From: Camelus ferus
Taxonomy: Eukaryota
Reading direction: 5' to 3'
Assembly (NCBI RefSeq): GCF_009834535.1
Contig: NC_045696.1
Coordinates: 104,038,001 to 104,102,000 of the forward strand
Length of the DNA stretch: 64,000 nucleotides
In this document: positions 40,930 to 53,553 of the stretch, piece by piece
How the letters are laid out: each line of letters starts with the position of its first letter
Numbering within the stretch: the stretch's first letter is position 1
Position numbers and translations under genes: made by a program
Notes under the pieces: generated by a model
What the model saw: the letters and a program-made list of their open reading frames with translations, nothing else
Database searches by the model: none
What the model was told of the DNA's origin: nothing

Positions 40930-42420
40930 CCAGCAAAGCAGTGGGCATCGAACCTACGGCACCAGAGGCCGACCTCAGACGTCCCAAGGCTGAGCGCAAA
41001 CCGTCCAGCTCGGACTGCCACAGCCCGCAGAGAGGAATTCCCGGGGATCTGGACGGGACTCAAGCCAGCAGCGCCGGCTGTGGTGAGTGCCGGCTCGCAC
41101 GAGGTCCGAGTGGCCAGATTTCGGCTCCCGCGCGCCCCTCACCAGAAGATGGAGAATACTCACCATAAAAGAGAAGGCAAGCGCCTGCCCGGGACGAATC
41201 GCCAGTGCTGGCAGGTCCTGGACTACTGAGTGTCTGACGCCGCCGCCGCCCACTCAGGGGCGCCCGAGCGACCTAGAAGATGCGGGCTCGCTCCCCTGGG
41301 CCAGGGGCGCGTCCTCACGGCTCGTGCCCAGCAGCAGCTCCCCCTCTGCCCCGCAGGGTGGCCTGGAGTTGGAGCGTTCTTGGGGAAGTTGGCGCTCGGG
41401 CGCCGCGGGAAGGTGCGGGAGGTCGGATGGGAGTGAGGAAGCGCCTTACTGCGCGGATCCCGGGGGTGCGCCAAGGCCCGCGCTCCAGCCGTTCTGAAGC
41501 TCAGCGTCGGACCGGGAGGGCGGCGAGTCCCGAGCTCAGGGCGCACGGGCCGCGCCTCGGCCGCCGGCCCCTGGCGCGCCCTGCGTCTTCTCCCGCGCCC
41601 AGAGCGCACGCATTGGTGGTTGGAGCTGGGGCCCCGGCCCCGGCTGCTGTGCGCTCATCGCCCTCACCAGGGGCAGGGCGCCTTTGTGCGCGGGGCGCGT
41701 CGGCCGCCGCGGCCAGCTCTGGATGCTGCAGCCGCCGCCGCCTCCCCCTCCTCCTCCGCCGCCGCCCGCTCTCCCGCCTTCCCGGCCGGCCCGGAGGCTG
41801 CAGCTGAAAGCCGATCCGGCTGAGCTCATCCCTGAAGGCCACTAATCCAATAGCCGCGGAAGGCGCGGCCGCCGGGAACGCCCCTTCCCCCACCATCCCG
41901 CGCCCCGGCCCGTCCCAGCTCGGGCTGCTGCCGGCGCCGCCACCTTCCCGAGGCCACCAGCTGGCGGGAGAGGGAAATGGAGCCCGCTCCCGCGCCGCCG
42001 TGCGGAGTCAGCGCGGTCGCCATTCACTTGCTGCTGGCCCGCGCACTCACTCACTCACTCACGCATTCATTCATGCGCACGGGTCCTCCCCCATTCATTC
42101 GAACGCGCCGGGAGCGCCAGGGTGTGTGCCCCTGAGCAGGAGGAGGCGCCCACAGTCGCTCCGCAGCTTTGGTGTCTTTACCCAACCCATGTGGGAAATA
42201 GCAGCCGGGGAAAGAGGATGGTTCAATAACCTCTTCCTCAGACACGTGTTTATTTTTTTTTTTTTAAGATCAGGCTCCAACTCATCTTTTAAAGTCCAAT
42301 TTCATACCGCACCTGCTCCACGGAGCCTTCCCCGCCACTCGAGGCGCCGGGAGGTGAGTCTACTCTGCCGGCTACCAGCGCTGAAGGTGGGCCGCTTCAT
42401 TGCGAGTCCTAGCTGAGAGA
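40930..42420. promoter_or_regulatory. SPSB4: CpG-island promoter of SPSB4
   Basis: Very high GC and CpG density against CpG-depleted flanks; CCAAT at 41847-41851; GC-box-like runs; CTCF-like GGCCACCAGCTGGCGG at 41952-41967; lies upstream of exon 2 in gene orientation. Confidence 0.88.
41164..41810 (-). other. SPSB4: Probable non-coding exon 1 (5'UTR) of SPSB4; 5' end approximate
   Basis: Inside the CpG island; near-perfect minus-strand donor ATG|GTGAGT (ACTCAC at + 41158-41163); GGC/GGA-rich leader at 41725-41790 typical of 5'UTRs; CCAAT box just upstream. Weaker alternative donors at ~41142, ~41449, ~41667. Confidence 0.65.
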
Positions 42421-43787
42421 TAAGGAAGAGGGAGTGGCCAGAGCGGAGGCCTAGAGGGTGCTTCTAGCAGCCGTGCTTCCTTGGGGAAATTAAAAGTTAC
42501 TGATCTGCGTGCCTACATCTGTACTCCCAGAGTTGACCTCAGTTCATTACACAATCACTTGATCTGACCCCAGCCCTCTCTGTGCCAGATACCGAAAAGC
42601 CTACATGCAGAGCACCTATTCATCAGGGACACAGACAAGGAAAGATAATCCAGTTTCCAGCGAGGGAAATATTTTGATGCATCCACAGGGCATTACCCAT
42701 CTGAAGGGCAATCTGGGAGTGCTTCCTAGACGAATTAGCTCCTGGAGACAGGGGGCAGGATGGTCACTTGGCTAGCTACCTATCCCAGCACAGAGCCTAT
42801 GCTACGAATGCAGTGAGTGTAAACAATAAGATGGTAAGATGTGGCTGGAGGGATGGCTAGGGTCTTCGGAGCCATCCAAAGAGTTTGGCATTTCCCCAAG
42901 ATTAGTTGAGGCCTTTAACCAGGACAGTGGTTTGTCAGATTTGCATTCTAGAAAGATCTCTCAGTAGCAGAGTGGATGGATGGAGGAAATCAGTTTGAAA
43001 CTATTGAAATAGTCCAAGGAAAAGATGATTCTTCATAAACAGGGGCAGCTGTGGTGCGACGGCCAAAGGTGTATTGATCAACTATTTACTGCACTTACTC
43101 TACCGTTTTGTCATTGTCTGTTTGCATGTCTGTCTCCCTCCTAAGCCTCTGAACCCCCTCAGAAGGCAAGTATCTGCATTGTATACATCTCTGGATTCCC
43201 TATACCCAGCACAGAACAGACATGGAGTGAATGTGATTTGAACTGACCTGAGTGGCAGTTCTGACCTACCTTCACACTTATGATATTTCTGCTCTCCACA
43301 GCAGTCCTTTATATCCTTTGTCAGGAAGTTTCCAGAGCACCTACAGTGCGAGCTACTGAGGGAGCTATGGACATAGGTCCAGGCAAGAAAAGAAAATTTG
43401 AGGAAAAAAATATATAGACGCAAAGGGGAATTGAAAGAATACTTTCAATGGTTTCTCCATCTGGACCCAAACTAAACTGGCTGACAGGGCCGGGGAGGAG
43501 ATGCCCCTTGCTTACCCTCTTTGCTGGGGACCCTCATAGCAGCTTGAAGGACAGACGGGGAGGGAGCGATGGCCACAATTTGAAAAACTAACTCCTCCCT
43601 CCCTTAAGGGCTCCAGATAGGTTCACCACACTGGCCTCTCCAAATGTGCCTCAGGCACAAAGGAGTGGCCACAACAGCAGCCCAATTGTCCTTGCAGGCC
43701 CTAAAATCTCCAGCCTCTGGACACCAGTGGAAACAACCTGTCATTTTGGTAGAAGCCAAAATAGCATGGCTATTAAAACTCTCTGCA

Positions 43788-44324
43788 CTGGGGTGAGCAG
43801 ACTCTAAGATGGCCCCAGAGATCCCTGCTTTGTGGTTTCACACCCTTGTGTAACCCCTCCCCTTAGGGGTGGGCTGGCCTCATGACCTGCTTCTCACCCA
43901 GAGGATAATGTAGAAGTGGTGGATGGCCCATCCAAGATCAGGTTATAAAGACTGTGGTTTTTGCTTTGAGCATTCTCTCTCTCTCTCTCTGTCTCACTTT
44001 CCTTTTGGATTAGCTCTCTGGAAGAAGCCAGCTGCCATGTACAGAAACAGCCTTGTGGAGAGGCCCACGGGGTGGGAGCTGAGGCCTGCCAACAATCATG
44101 CGAGTGAACTTGGAAGCAGATCCCATCCCCCACCCCAGCTGAGACTGCAGCCCTGTCTGACACCTTGACTGCAATTTCATGGGAGATCTTGAATCAGATA
44201 CACTCAACTACACCGTGCCCAGATTCCTGACCACAGAAACTGTAAAAGAATAAAAGTTTACTGTATTAAGCTGCTAATTTGGGGGGGTGGGTAATTTATT
44301 ATGCAGCAATAGATACCTAATGCA
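43788..44324 (+). mobile_element. MLT1 (MLT1E/F-like) solo LTR, near full length
   Basis: CAGACTCTAAGATGGCCCC...CACACCCTTGTGTAACCCCTCCCC...CCAGATTCCTGACCACAGAAACTGT..AATAAAA..TTATGCAGCAATAGATACCTAATGCA. Confidence 0.9.
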
Positions 44325-45855
44325 AGATGTTCTTAACTGTCCAAGGGTGATTCAAAAAATAAACACTCAGAGAACTAGCCAGTCTCACTCCAAAGAAAGC
44401 ACAATATTTCGTGGGTATAGCTAGGCAGCCTAGGGTTTAAATTTCAATTCAGACTTTTTGGGTCTTGGTTTTCTCATTGTAAAATAGGGTCAAAATCGTT
44501 TCTTGAGTCTGCTTATGTGTTGTAGTGTGTTACCTACAAAGTAGGTGCTTGATACATCTTTTTCTTCTACTTCTCAGCAGTAGGTGAAGATCTGCAGCAT
44601 TCTTGGAATTCTTGAGCTAAGGCAAAGTCATTTCTGGAGCAGAAGGCCCATTAGGGGGCTACTATAATCAGGAGCCCAGAGACGCTATTTATAATGCAAA
44701 GCTTTAACCTCACCACCTGCTTGCCTGTCTCCCAATAGGTTTAGAATCTACTTATCAAGTTTCAGCTGTTGCAGCCTTGGTGTCCTTGTCTTCCAAAAGT
44801 ATCAACCATGGTTTAACAGAAGTTAAGGAAGGTCCCTCAGTTCTGAGAAATTCTGAAGCTTAAAGCTTGCTCAGAGGACAATGATGTGTGCGATGTCTGC
44901 TCATCTTCTGCCCTCCCTCAAAGGAAACCCTGTTTGAACCCAGCCTCCAGTGTGGGATTGCCTGTTCTCTCAGATCTTGGTCCTCTCTGCAGCTCAGGTG
45001 CCACCATCTCTTTCCTCAACAGTTGCAGCCACCTCCTCACCTCTGCTTTACTGCCAGAGCTGTCTTCTCAAAGTAGAAATTACCCCTGCCAATGCCTTCA
45101 GATGGCCCAGGATGGTTGCCCCACTCCTTAGCTGAATCTGGCTTCGGTGCACTCATCTCCCTTTCCTGTACCTTTGCTCTGGGCCAGGCCACACTGAGAC
45201 CCTCTGAGCAACTCCAGTGAACCAAGCTTCCTCCCTGACACCAGCCTTTGCACAAAATGACCTTCCTCCCCAGCATAGACTTTGCCGAGGTAACTCCGAT
45301 TCTCTGCCTGTCTGCATGCCATCTCCTCCAGGGAGCCTCCCTGACACCCTCGGGCTCAGTGCACACTATTCTGTGTGTGCCCTCCGTCCTGTGCTTCCCT
45401 CTCTCAAGGCTCCAGTTCCACTGTTGCTGCTGCCTCTTTTCCTGCCTTCCCCTCTTTCCCGAGATGCGAGCACTTCTAGGGCAGAGCTGTCTTTTTCTTC
45501 TTCATCGTTTTTGCACCCCACCCCCCACATTTCCATTTTAGTAATTTCTCTAAGTGCAAACCTCCACTGTCTTCCCAAGCAGCCCCAGGTGGGTGAGGGC
45601 CCTTCTCGGAGCCTGACAGCAGCTTGTTGTCTTACCTGTCACTTTGTAAATCCTGTGGGACTTGTCAGACTCCCGCAGCCGACAGCGGCTCTGTTAAGGG
45701 CACAACTGTGTCTGTTTCACACCAGTGCTCTTGGCACCCAGCCTAGAGCCAGGTACGCAGTAGACATCCAATAACTGTTCATGGGATAAATGATTGAAGG
45801 AGGGGCAGAAGGAAGGAAAGACAAAGAGTGGAAGGAAGAAAATCTGGCTCTGTTG

Positions 45856-45927
45856 CTTTCTTTCCCTCCCTCCCTTCCTTCCTTCCTTCCTTCCTTCCTT
45901 CCTTCCTTCCTTCCTTCCTTCCTTCCT
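45856..45927. repeat. (CCTT)n microsatellite
   Basis: Directly visible. Confidence 0.97.
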
Positions 45928-46011
45928 CTAGGTCATCAATGCTGAGAACTGGATTAATTAATCATAGTCCTTGGTCATGACACATTGTCATCATTAACCC
46001 ATGTATGACCG

Positions 46012-46058
<47 letters not shown>

Positions 46059-46059
46059 T
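46012..46059. repeat. (TTTA)n microsatellite
   Basis: Directly visible. Confidence 0.97.
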
Positions 46060-46289
46060 AATATAATAAACACCTATGAAACCCCCATCCAACCCAAGCA
46101 CCCACATTGCCCATGTGTTCCTTTTCTAATCCATCTTTTTGCCTTCTAAGCCTGAGGATTTCCCCTCCGCATGAATTCGGGTAAGAAGAGGAGTCACCTC
46201 TCACTGAAGGACAGAAAGCCCAGTACTCGTTTAGAGCTCTCAAATCCTTACATTCTACTTTTGGTGAAATCAAACAAATCTTCTTCATG

Positions 46290-46630
46290 TCCTAGCCTCC
46301 CTTGCCCTGGATGTGGATGTGATGTGGATTCTGCCAGACAAATACACCAGTCTGATTCAGAAGTGAGCTACTTCAGGAAACTCTCCAGACCCATGGCGTC
46401 CACTCTAGCTGGTGCTTCTGGGGGAGTTGAGCTAGCTCTTTTCTGGGACCAGGGGCAAGAGGGGCAGCTTCCTCATCTCAGCTGTGGCAGAAGCTCCCTT
46501 GCCAGGCCTGTTCTGCTGTGTAGTCCCACAGTCCCAGTGATTCCGTGTGCTATGTAATCTGTCTTACTAAGTCCTCACTTACATGAAGTAGGTGGAGTAG
46601 ATTCTTTGTTGGCAACTAAGACTCCCTCCT
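46290..46630 (+). mobile_element. Old ERVL LTR fragment (LTR16-like)
   Basis: TGTGATGTGGATTCTGCCA...GGAGTAGATTCTTTGTTGGCAACTAAGA terminal pattern. Confidence 0.4.
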
Positions 46631-47019
46631 GTGACCCTTCCTTTCCCAGGCTTCCTGACAGCTTGGCCAGTCAGAACCTCCCTCCTGGGTTTTCAACGCT
46701 AGAACCAGATATATTAAAAAAAAAAGATTGTGGTGAATTCATTCTGATGGGATGGGGTTGGCAGCAGCAACATCCAGAACCCTGGGGTGGCATTAGCTGT
46801 GGTGCCCACCCCTGTGTCCAGTGATCAGTGCTGGGAGTGGCAGCGCTGCAGTTTGGGTTTGGGACGTGATTCCAGATGTGGTTCTGCTGCCCTGCATTTG
46901 TTGTTGATTTTGTTGTTATTGTTGTTCCTGCCTGCTTTGATTTTTGCTTTTTGTTTTTATTTTCTGGATCTGGCTGTCCAGTCATTCTGTGATTTCCCAA
47001 TTTCCTTTCTTTCTGAATC

Positions 47020-47675
47020 CAGTCATACAGTGAATCATGCTGAATGAGTTTTGAATATGGAACTAGCTTTGCATTCCTGGGATTAATCCCACTTGGCCAT
47101 GATGTATTATCCTTTTAATACATTGTTGGATTCCATTTGCATCCATGTTCATAAGGAATATGATCTGTGCTTTTTCTTTCTTGTAATATCGTTGCCTGGT
47201 TTTGGCACTAAACTAATGTTGGCTTTCAAGAATGAGTTAACAATGTTCCTTCTTCTTCTAAGAAAAAAGAAGAGTTTGTGTAGAATTAGTATTATTTCCT
47301 CCCTAAATGTTTCATGGAATTCACCAGTGAAGTAATCTGGCGCTGGAGTTTTCTTTGTGGGGAGGTTTTTAAATAGAAATTCAATGACTTTAATAGATAC
47401 AGAGCTATTCTGGTTACCTGTTTCTTTTTGAGTGAAACATAGTAGTTTATATCTTTCGAGACATTTGTCATTTCATCTAATTGCTGTATATATTGGCATT
47501 AAGTCATTCATAATATTTTATACTATCCTTTTGATACATAAGGAATCTGTAGTGATGTCACCTTTCTTGTTTCTGATACTGGTAATTTGGATCTTTTCTG
47601 GCCTGTTCAGTCTAGCTAGCAATTTATCAATTTTATTGATCATCTCAGATAATCAGCTTTCGGTTTCATTTATTT

Positions 47676-47709
<34 letters not shown>

Positions 47710-50700
47710 GGTAGGGCTTCTATTTCATTGATTTTTGCTCTGATCCTTACTATTTCCCTTCTTCTGCCTGCTTTGACATCCATTTGCTCTTTTCCTAGTT
47801 TCGTAAGGTAGAAGCTAAGATCATTGATTTGAGACCATTTTTCTTGTCTTTTATAGCCCTTTAGTGCCATGTATTTTTTTCCTAAGAACTACATCTTACA
47901 AATTTTGCAATGTAGCATTTTCATTTCCATTCAGCTCAAAATACTTTATCATGTAAAATTTTTTTTTATTTTTGATGCATAGCTTACTTAGAGTTGTGTT
48001 ATGTTGTTTCCAAATATTCGAAGATTTTCCAGATGTCATTCCAGTATTGATATCTAATTTATTTCTATTGTGATCAGAGAACATTCCTTGTATAACTTTA
48101 ACTTGAATAGTTTTAAATTTACAGAAACTTATTTTATGGCTCAGAAAACACTTGAACTTCATAAATGTTCTGGTGCATTTGAAAAGAATGTGTATTCTGC
48201 TGTGTTGGGTGGAGTGTTCTGGAAATACCAATGAGGTCAGGTTGGTCGTGCTGCTTGTCTTCTGTATTTGTATTGATTTTCTGTCTACCCATTCTGTCAA
48301 TCATGAAGAGAAGGGTGTATGACTGTACTTGTAGATCTGTCTGCTGCTTCTTGCGGTCCTGTCAGTTTTTGTTCCATGTGTTTTGAAGCTTTGTTTAAGG
48401 TGCGTAAGCCTTCGGGTTGTTATGTCCCTTTATGAAATGACTCTCTTCATGCCTGCTAATACTCACTGCTCTGAAATCTATTTTGTTTGATATTACTATA
48501 TCTGTCTCACTTTTTAAAATTAGTGTTAGCATAATGTATTTTTTTCATCCCTTTACTTTTAACCTATGTGTGTCTTTATGTTTAAAATGGGTTTCTTATA
48601 AGCAGCATACAGTTGTGACTTGATTTTGTTATCTCATTGGATAATCTCTGCCTTTTGATTGGGGTATTTAGACAACTACATTTAGTGTGATTGTTGATGT
48701 GGTTGGGTTTATATCTACCACCTTACTATTTGTTTTGTACTTGTTCCATTTGTTCTTTTTCCCTCTTGTCTTTTTAAAAAATATTTTTTAGAAGTCTATT
48801 TTATTTCCTTTGTTGGTTTATTGGCTGTAAGTCAGTGTGTTGTTATAGTGGCTGCTGTAGTGTACATCTTTACCTTGTCACAGTCTACCTTTAAGTATTA
48901 TTATACCATTTCATGCATAGTAGGAAAAATTTATAACAGTGTATTTCTGTCTCCCTTCTTGGCATTTTGCTTAGTTGCCATACATTTTACTTCTAAATAT
49001 GTTATAAACCCTTTAATACATTGTTATTTTTAACAATAAACAGTTTATTATCTTTCAAAGAGATTCAAATAATAATTTAAAGTCATTACATTTACCCATA
49101 GAGTTACCATTTCTAATACCTTTCCTGCCTTTGTATGGATCCATATTTCTATCTGGTATAATTTCCCTGGTATAATTTCCTTGCAATATTTCTTACAGTG
49201 CAGATCTGGTGGTGATGAGTTCTTGAAGCTTTTGTATATCTGAAAAGGTCTTGTTTGCCCTCAGTTTTGAAAGATACTCTTCTTGGTAAAGAATTCTAGG
49301 TTGATAATTTTTTTTCTTTCATTGCTTTAAACATGTTGCTTCATGGTCTCTTAGCTTAAATTGTTTCTAACAAAAAATCGACTGTAATACTCCTTGTTCC
49401 TGTTTGTAATGCATTCCTTCCTTTCCTCTGGCTACTTTCAACATTTTTTTCTTTATCGGTGGTTTTAATCCATTCAGTCATGATGTGCCTTGGTGTACTT
49501 TTCTTTACATGAATGTATTTGGGTTTCTTTGAGTCTTTTAGATTTGTGGGTTTAGAGTTTTCCTCATATTGGGAAATCTAGGGGCTGGTATTACTTCAAA
49601 TATTTTTCTGCCCCCTCTGTTTCCTTCAAGGACTCCTACTACACATGCACAGGCTGACAGAAATTGTCCCACAACTTGCTATTATTCTGTTCATGTTTTT
49701 CATCTGTTTTCTCTCTGTGCTTCATTTTCAACAGTTTCTATTTTTATGTCTTCAAGTTCACTAATCCTTCCTTCTGCCATGTCTGATCTGCAGTTAATCC
49801 CAGCTGGTGTATTTTCATCTTAGATACTATAGTTTTCTCTAGAAATTCAACTTGGGCCTTTTTTTAATATTCCTGTGTCTTTATTTAACATGTTCATTCT
49901 TTCCTCTGGCATCTACAACATATGGAATACAGTCATAGTACTTTTAAAAGTGTCCGGGAGGAGAATATAGCTCAGCAGTAGAGTATATGCTTAGCATGCA
50001 TGAGGCCCTGGGTTCAATCCCCAGCACCTCCATCAGATAAACAAACCTAATTACTTCCCCTCTTAAATAAATAAATTAATTAATTAAAATGTCCTTGTTT
50101 ACTAATTCTATTCTCTGGGTCATTTCTGGGTTTGTTTCGATGGACTGATGTCTCTTCTCATGTTGGGTTGTGTGAACCTGCTTCTTTGCATGCTTGGTAA
50201 TTTTTTTTCCCACCATGGTGCAAGATCTATTTTGTATTTTGCCTAATGTCCACTCTGGCTGGTAGGAAGAGCCACCATTTCTAGTCTTAGGTGAGTTCCA
50301 GGGGTTGTTCCCTCTAGTTTTTTGACAGTTACTTTCCACACCTTGGATAGTCTCCTCTCCTGTGTGCCCTAATCTGTACTCAGCTGAGTCTTCCAGGAGG
50401 ACCCTTTGCAAATCTCCATGGTCCTCTCTGTGAGCAGTATTTCTTCCTCTCCTTTCCAGTATTCTGCTCAGCACATTTTAGTTGCCTTGGCTCTTTTCTC
50501 TTAGCTCCATGTTCCCAAACCAAGGAGATCACCAATCTGTCAGGTTTCCCATTGTTTGCACTACGGCTTCAAAACTCTCCAAGCAGTCAACTGGGTCATT
50601 TATAGGGTTCATCACATTTGTTTCCCATCCTTCATTGCCCATTATGTAATATCTTTAAAACATTGTTTCTTATATTTCATTTAAGTTTTAGTTCTTTCAG

Positions 50701-50745
50701 GTGGAAGGGCACATTCAGACTATGTTATTCCATCTTGGCTGGAAG
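47020..50745 (-). mobile_element. LINE-1 (L1M-type), antisense, spanning ORF2 5' part, ORF1 and 5' region; interrupted by a SINE
   Basis: T-rich; TTGCATTCCTGGGATTAATCCCACTTGG, GAATTCACCAGTGAAG; the minus-strand ORF 47896-48300 translates to decayed L1 endonuclease residues (MFSDHNRNKLDIN). Confidence 0.9.
49956..50083 (+). mobile_element. tRNA-derived SINE, camelid Vic-1-like
   Basis: A box TAGCTCAGCAGTAGAG, B box GGTTCAATCCC, tail AAACCTAATTACTTCCCC plus TAAA repeats; flanked by near-identical TTAAAA(G)TGTCC repeats (49944-49955, 50084-50094). Confidence 0.85.
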
Positions 50746-50911
50746 CAGAAGCCTTCCTTTTGTACTTCCTTTTGTACACAGCCAGAGTACTTTTCTGATG
50801 TTTACAGTGGAAACCCTGGCTGAAACACTGCCTTGCAAGATTAATGTGAAGATTAAATGAGTAAAAGTCTGAGACAGTGCCAGCACCGAGCAAGTATTCA
50901 GTTAATGTTGG

Positions 50912-51341
50912 TGTACTAGTCAGCTTTTGCTGGGGCAACAAACAACCTCCACACCTCAGCGGCTTACAGTAACAAACACTTCTAGCTCATGGGTGTCCTG
51001 GTCTATTGGTCTGCTTTATGCTTTAAAGCTGACTCAGCCGTGCTTAGCTCCCTTTGAGCACTAGGCTTTCTCATTCTGGGGCCCAGAATGACAGTAGCAC
51101 CATTTGAGAAGACAAGAGCATGAGGCCAAATAAACCACTGAAATGCATTTAATGTTTCTGCTCTGATGTGGTGCCTGTTGCATCTTCTCATATTCCACTG
51201 ACCGAAGCAGGTCACATGGCCATCCTGCAAATCAGTGGGATACCTCTATACTCCATCCCCGGGAGTCCTGGCAGAGAAAGGAAGTGTGATTCTCTTACAG
51301 AAGAGGGAGCTGATAACTGGGAATAAAACATAATTTACCAC
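50912..51341 (-). mobile_element. MLT1 (ERVL-MaLR) solo LTR
   Basis: TGTACTAGTCAGC..AACAAACAACC..CTCAGCGGCTTACAGTAAC...CATATTCCACTGACCGAAGCAGGTCACATGGCC...TACCACA. Confidence 0.8.
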
Positions 51342-51667
51342 AGCTGGTGATTTTTATTAACATCTTCTTCTGCAAGGAAGTTTCCCTGAACACTTTTGTT
51401 CAAAGCAGTACTTTGTTAGGACCACTGGAGTGAACACACCCCTGCCCATTAAATGCGTTTCCTTTATCCTCGGTATGTATCTGTCCTGCACTTGGTTTGT
51501 TATTGCCCAGGGGGCTTGGATGACTGAAGGAGGAGCGACGACTCATTCATAGTGGGCTGAAAGGCCTTTGAGACAGACGGATGGTGAGAACTGGCAGTTC
51601 AAGGACAGACAGGATCAGTGGTCTGGGCATTGAGTGAATAACTGAATGACTCTCTTCAGTCTTAGGT

Positions 51668-51705
51668 GCCTGGCTAGCTCAGTTGGTAGAGCATGAGACT
51701 CTTAA
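51668..51705 (+). pseudogene. 5' half of tRNA-Lys(CTT), retroposed fragment
   Basis: GCCTGGCTAGCTCAGTTGGTAGAGCATGAGACTCTTAA matches nt 1-38 of mammalian tRNA-Lys-CTT (GCCCGGCTAGCTCAGTCGGTAGAGCATGAGACTCTTAA) except for two CpG>TpG changes; no 3' half follows. Confidence 0.85.
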
Positions 51706-51999
51706 AAAGTGCCACTTCTATCTTAGGTACTCAGATCTTTATTCCTTATCATGGGTGTAGTAAACAAGGCTCCCATGATACATCTGAGAAAATCAGCCCA
51801 CCCTTGGAGGATGCCAGTCACTTCCCTTCTTCATCCAAGAATCTACCCTGCGTACCTCAGCCTGATTAATTCTCTCCTCCATCGAACTCCAAGAGCCTTT
51901 ATTTCAGGGCTTTTCACTTGGCAATGACTGACAGGTAGTTTTGTAATAGGTCTTCTGTTACATTATTTAACTACCATGTGGTTGGAAGACAACGGAACT

Positions 52000-52205
52000 C
52001 AGATTTTCCAAGTGCCTACTTTGTGCCAGGCACTTTACATGTAGCGGCTATTCGAAGCCTTGTGATGACCTGACGAGGCAGGTATTGGTGGCTCTGTTTC
52101 ACAGGTGAGGAAATAGAGGTACAGAGAGACTAAGTGACTGTTCAAGGTCACATAGCTAGTAAGTGGCAGAGCTGGGATTTGAACCCAGGTCTGCCTGCTT
52201 TGCAT
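52000..52205 (-). mobile_element. MIR SINE
   Basis: ACAGGTGAGGAAATAGAGGTACAGAGAG..CAAGGTCACATAGCTAGTAAGTGGCAGAGCTGGGATTTGAACCCAGGTCTG. Confidence 0.88.
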
Positions 52206-52684
52206 TGCACTTATGTGGGGTCCTCAGTGGGACTTTAAGTTCTTAGAAAGCAAGGACTACATCTTATATGTCTTTGTATCATCCATAAAATCCAATACAG
52301 AGACTGAACACTGGATAAATGTTTAAAAACATTATCAAATGACTTTTTTATAAAGAGAGAAGCAGGTGACCTAGTGCTCCTTGAGTCCTGAAATAAATAC
52401 TGGGTGTGGTGTTGGAGGAAGTATTGCTTCTCTCAGCTCTTATCAGAGCTGGCTAGGGGGACATCAGGTTGAGGCCACTGTATAGCTGAGAGGATATATA
52501 GATAAACAGAGCTTTGTCAGGGCACAGAAGTAAATCCATGAAGTTGCAGAGGTAGAGGGAACTCACACTCACTGTGTGTCTCTATGCTGTGCTTTCACCA
52601 TTTATTGTCTCATCAAAGGCACATCATATCTTATGGGGTCAGATTTAACAGCCCACTATCATACAGCAATAAATAACAGAGCTG

Positions 52685-53553
52685 ACAGAGAAATGCAAAT
52701 CAAAACTACAACGAGGTATCACTTCACACCAGTCAGAATGGCCATTATCAAAAAGTTCACAAATGATAAATGCTAGAGAGGGTGTGGAGAAAAGGGAACC
52801 CTCCTACACTGTTGGTGGGAATGTAGTTTGGTGCAGACATTATGGAAAACAGTAGGCAGATTTCTCAAAAAACTAAAAATAGACTTACCATATGATCCAG
52901 CAATCCCACTCCTGGGCATATATCTGAAGGGAACTCTAATTTGAAAAGATACATGTACCCCAAAGTTCATGGCAGCACTATTTACAATAGCCAAGACATG
53001 GAAACAGCCTAAATGTCCATCAACAGATGACTTAATAAAAAAGTTGTGGTATATTTATGCCGTGGAATACTACTGTACCATAAAAAAGAATAAAATAAGT
53101 CCATTTGCAACAACATGGATGGACCTGGAGATTGACATTCTAAGTGAAGTGAGCCAGAAATAGAAAGGAAAATACCATATGATATCACTCATATGTGGAT
53201 TCCAAAAAAAAACAAGGACACAAATGAACTTATTTACAAAACAGAAACAGACTCACAGACATAGAAAACAAACTTATGGTTAACCGGATGCAAAGGGAGT
53301 GGGGAGGAATAAATTGGGAGTTCGAGATTTGCAGATACTAACTACTATATATAAAACAGATAAACAATAAGTTTCTTCTGCATAACACAGGGAATTATAT
53401 TCAATGTCTTGTAGTAACCTATAATGAAAAAGAATATGAAAAGGAATATATGTATTTATATGTATGACTGAAACATTATGCTATACACCAGAAATTGATA
53501 CAGCATTGTAAACTGACTATACTTCAATGAGAAAAAAAAACCAAAAAAACAAA
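52685..53553 (+). mobile_element. Relatively young 5'-truncated LINE-1 (ORF2 C-terminus + 3'UTR + poly(A))
   Basis: Translates to L1 ORF2 C-terminal motifs REMQIKTTTRYHFTPVRMAIIKK and [18 protein letters not shown] tail at 53530-53553; degenerate flanking repeats AACAGAGCTG / AGCAGAGCCG. Confidence 0.95.

Noticed and set aside
40900..42420. Many overlapping Ala/Gly/Arg/Pro-rich ORFs
   Set aside because: Expected stop-codon depletion in a CpG island; no protein family signal.
49956..50030. Functional tRNA genes here and at 57421
   Set aside because: Both carry the SINE-specific tail and degenerate stems; they are SINE heads.
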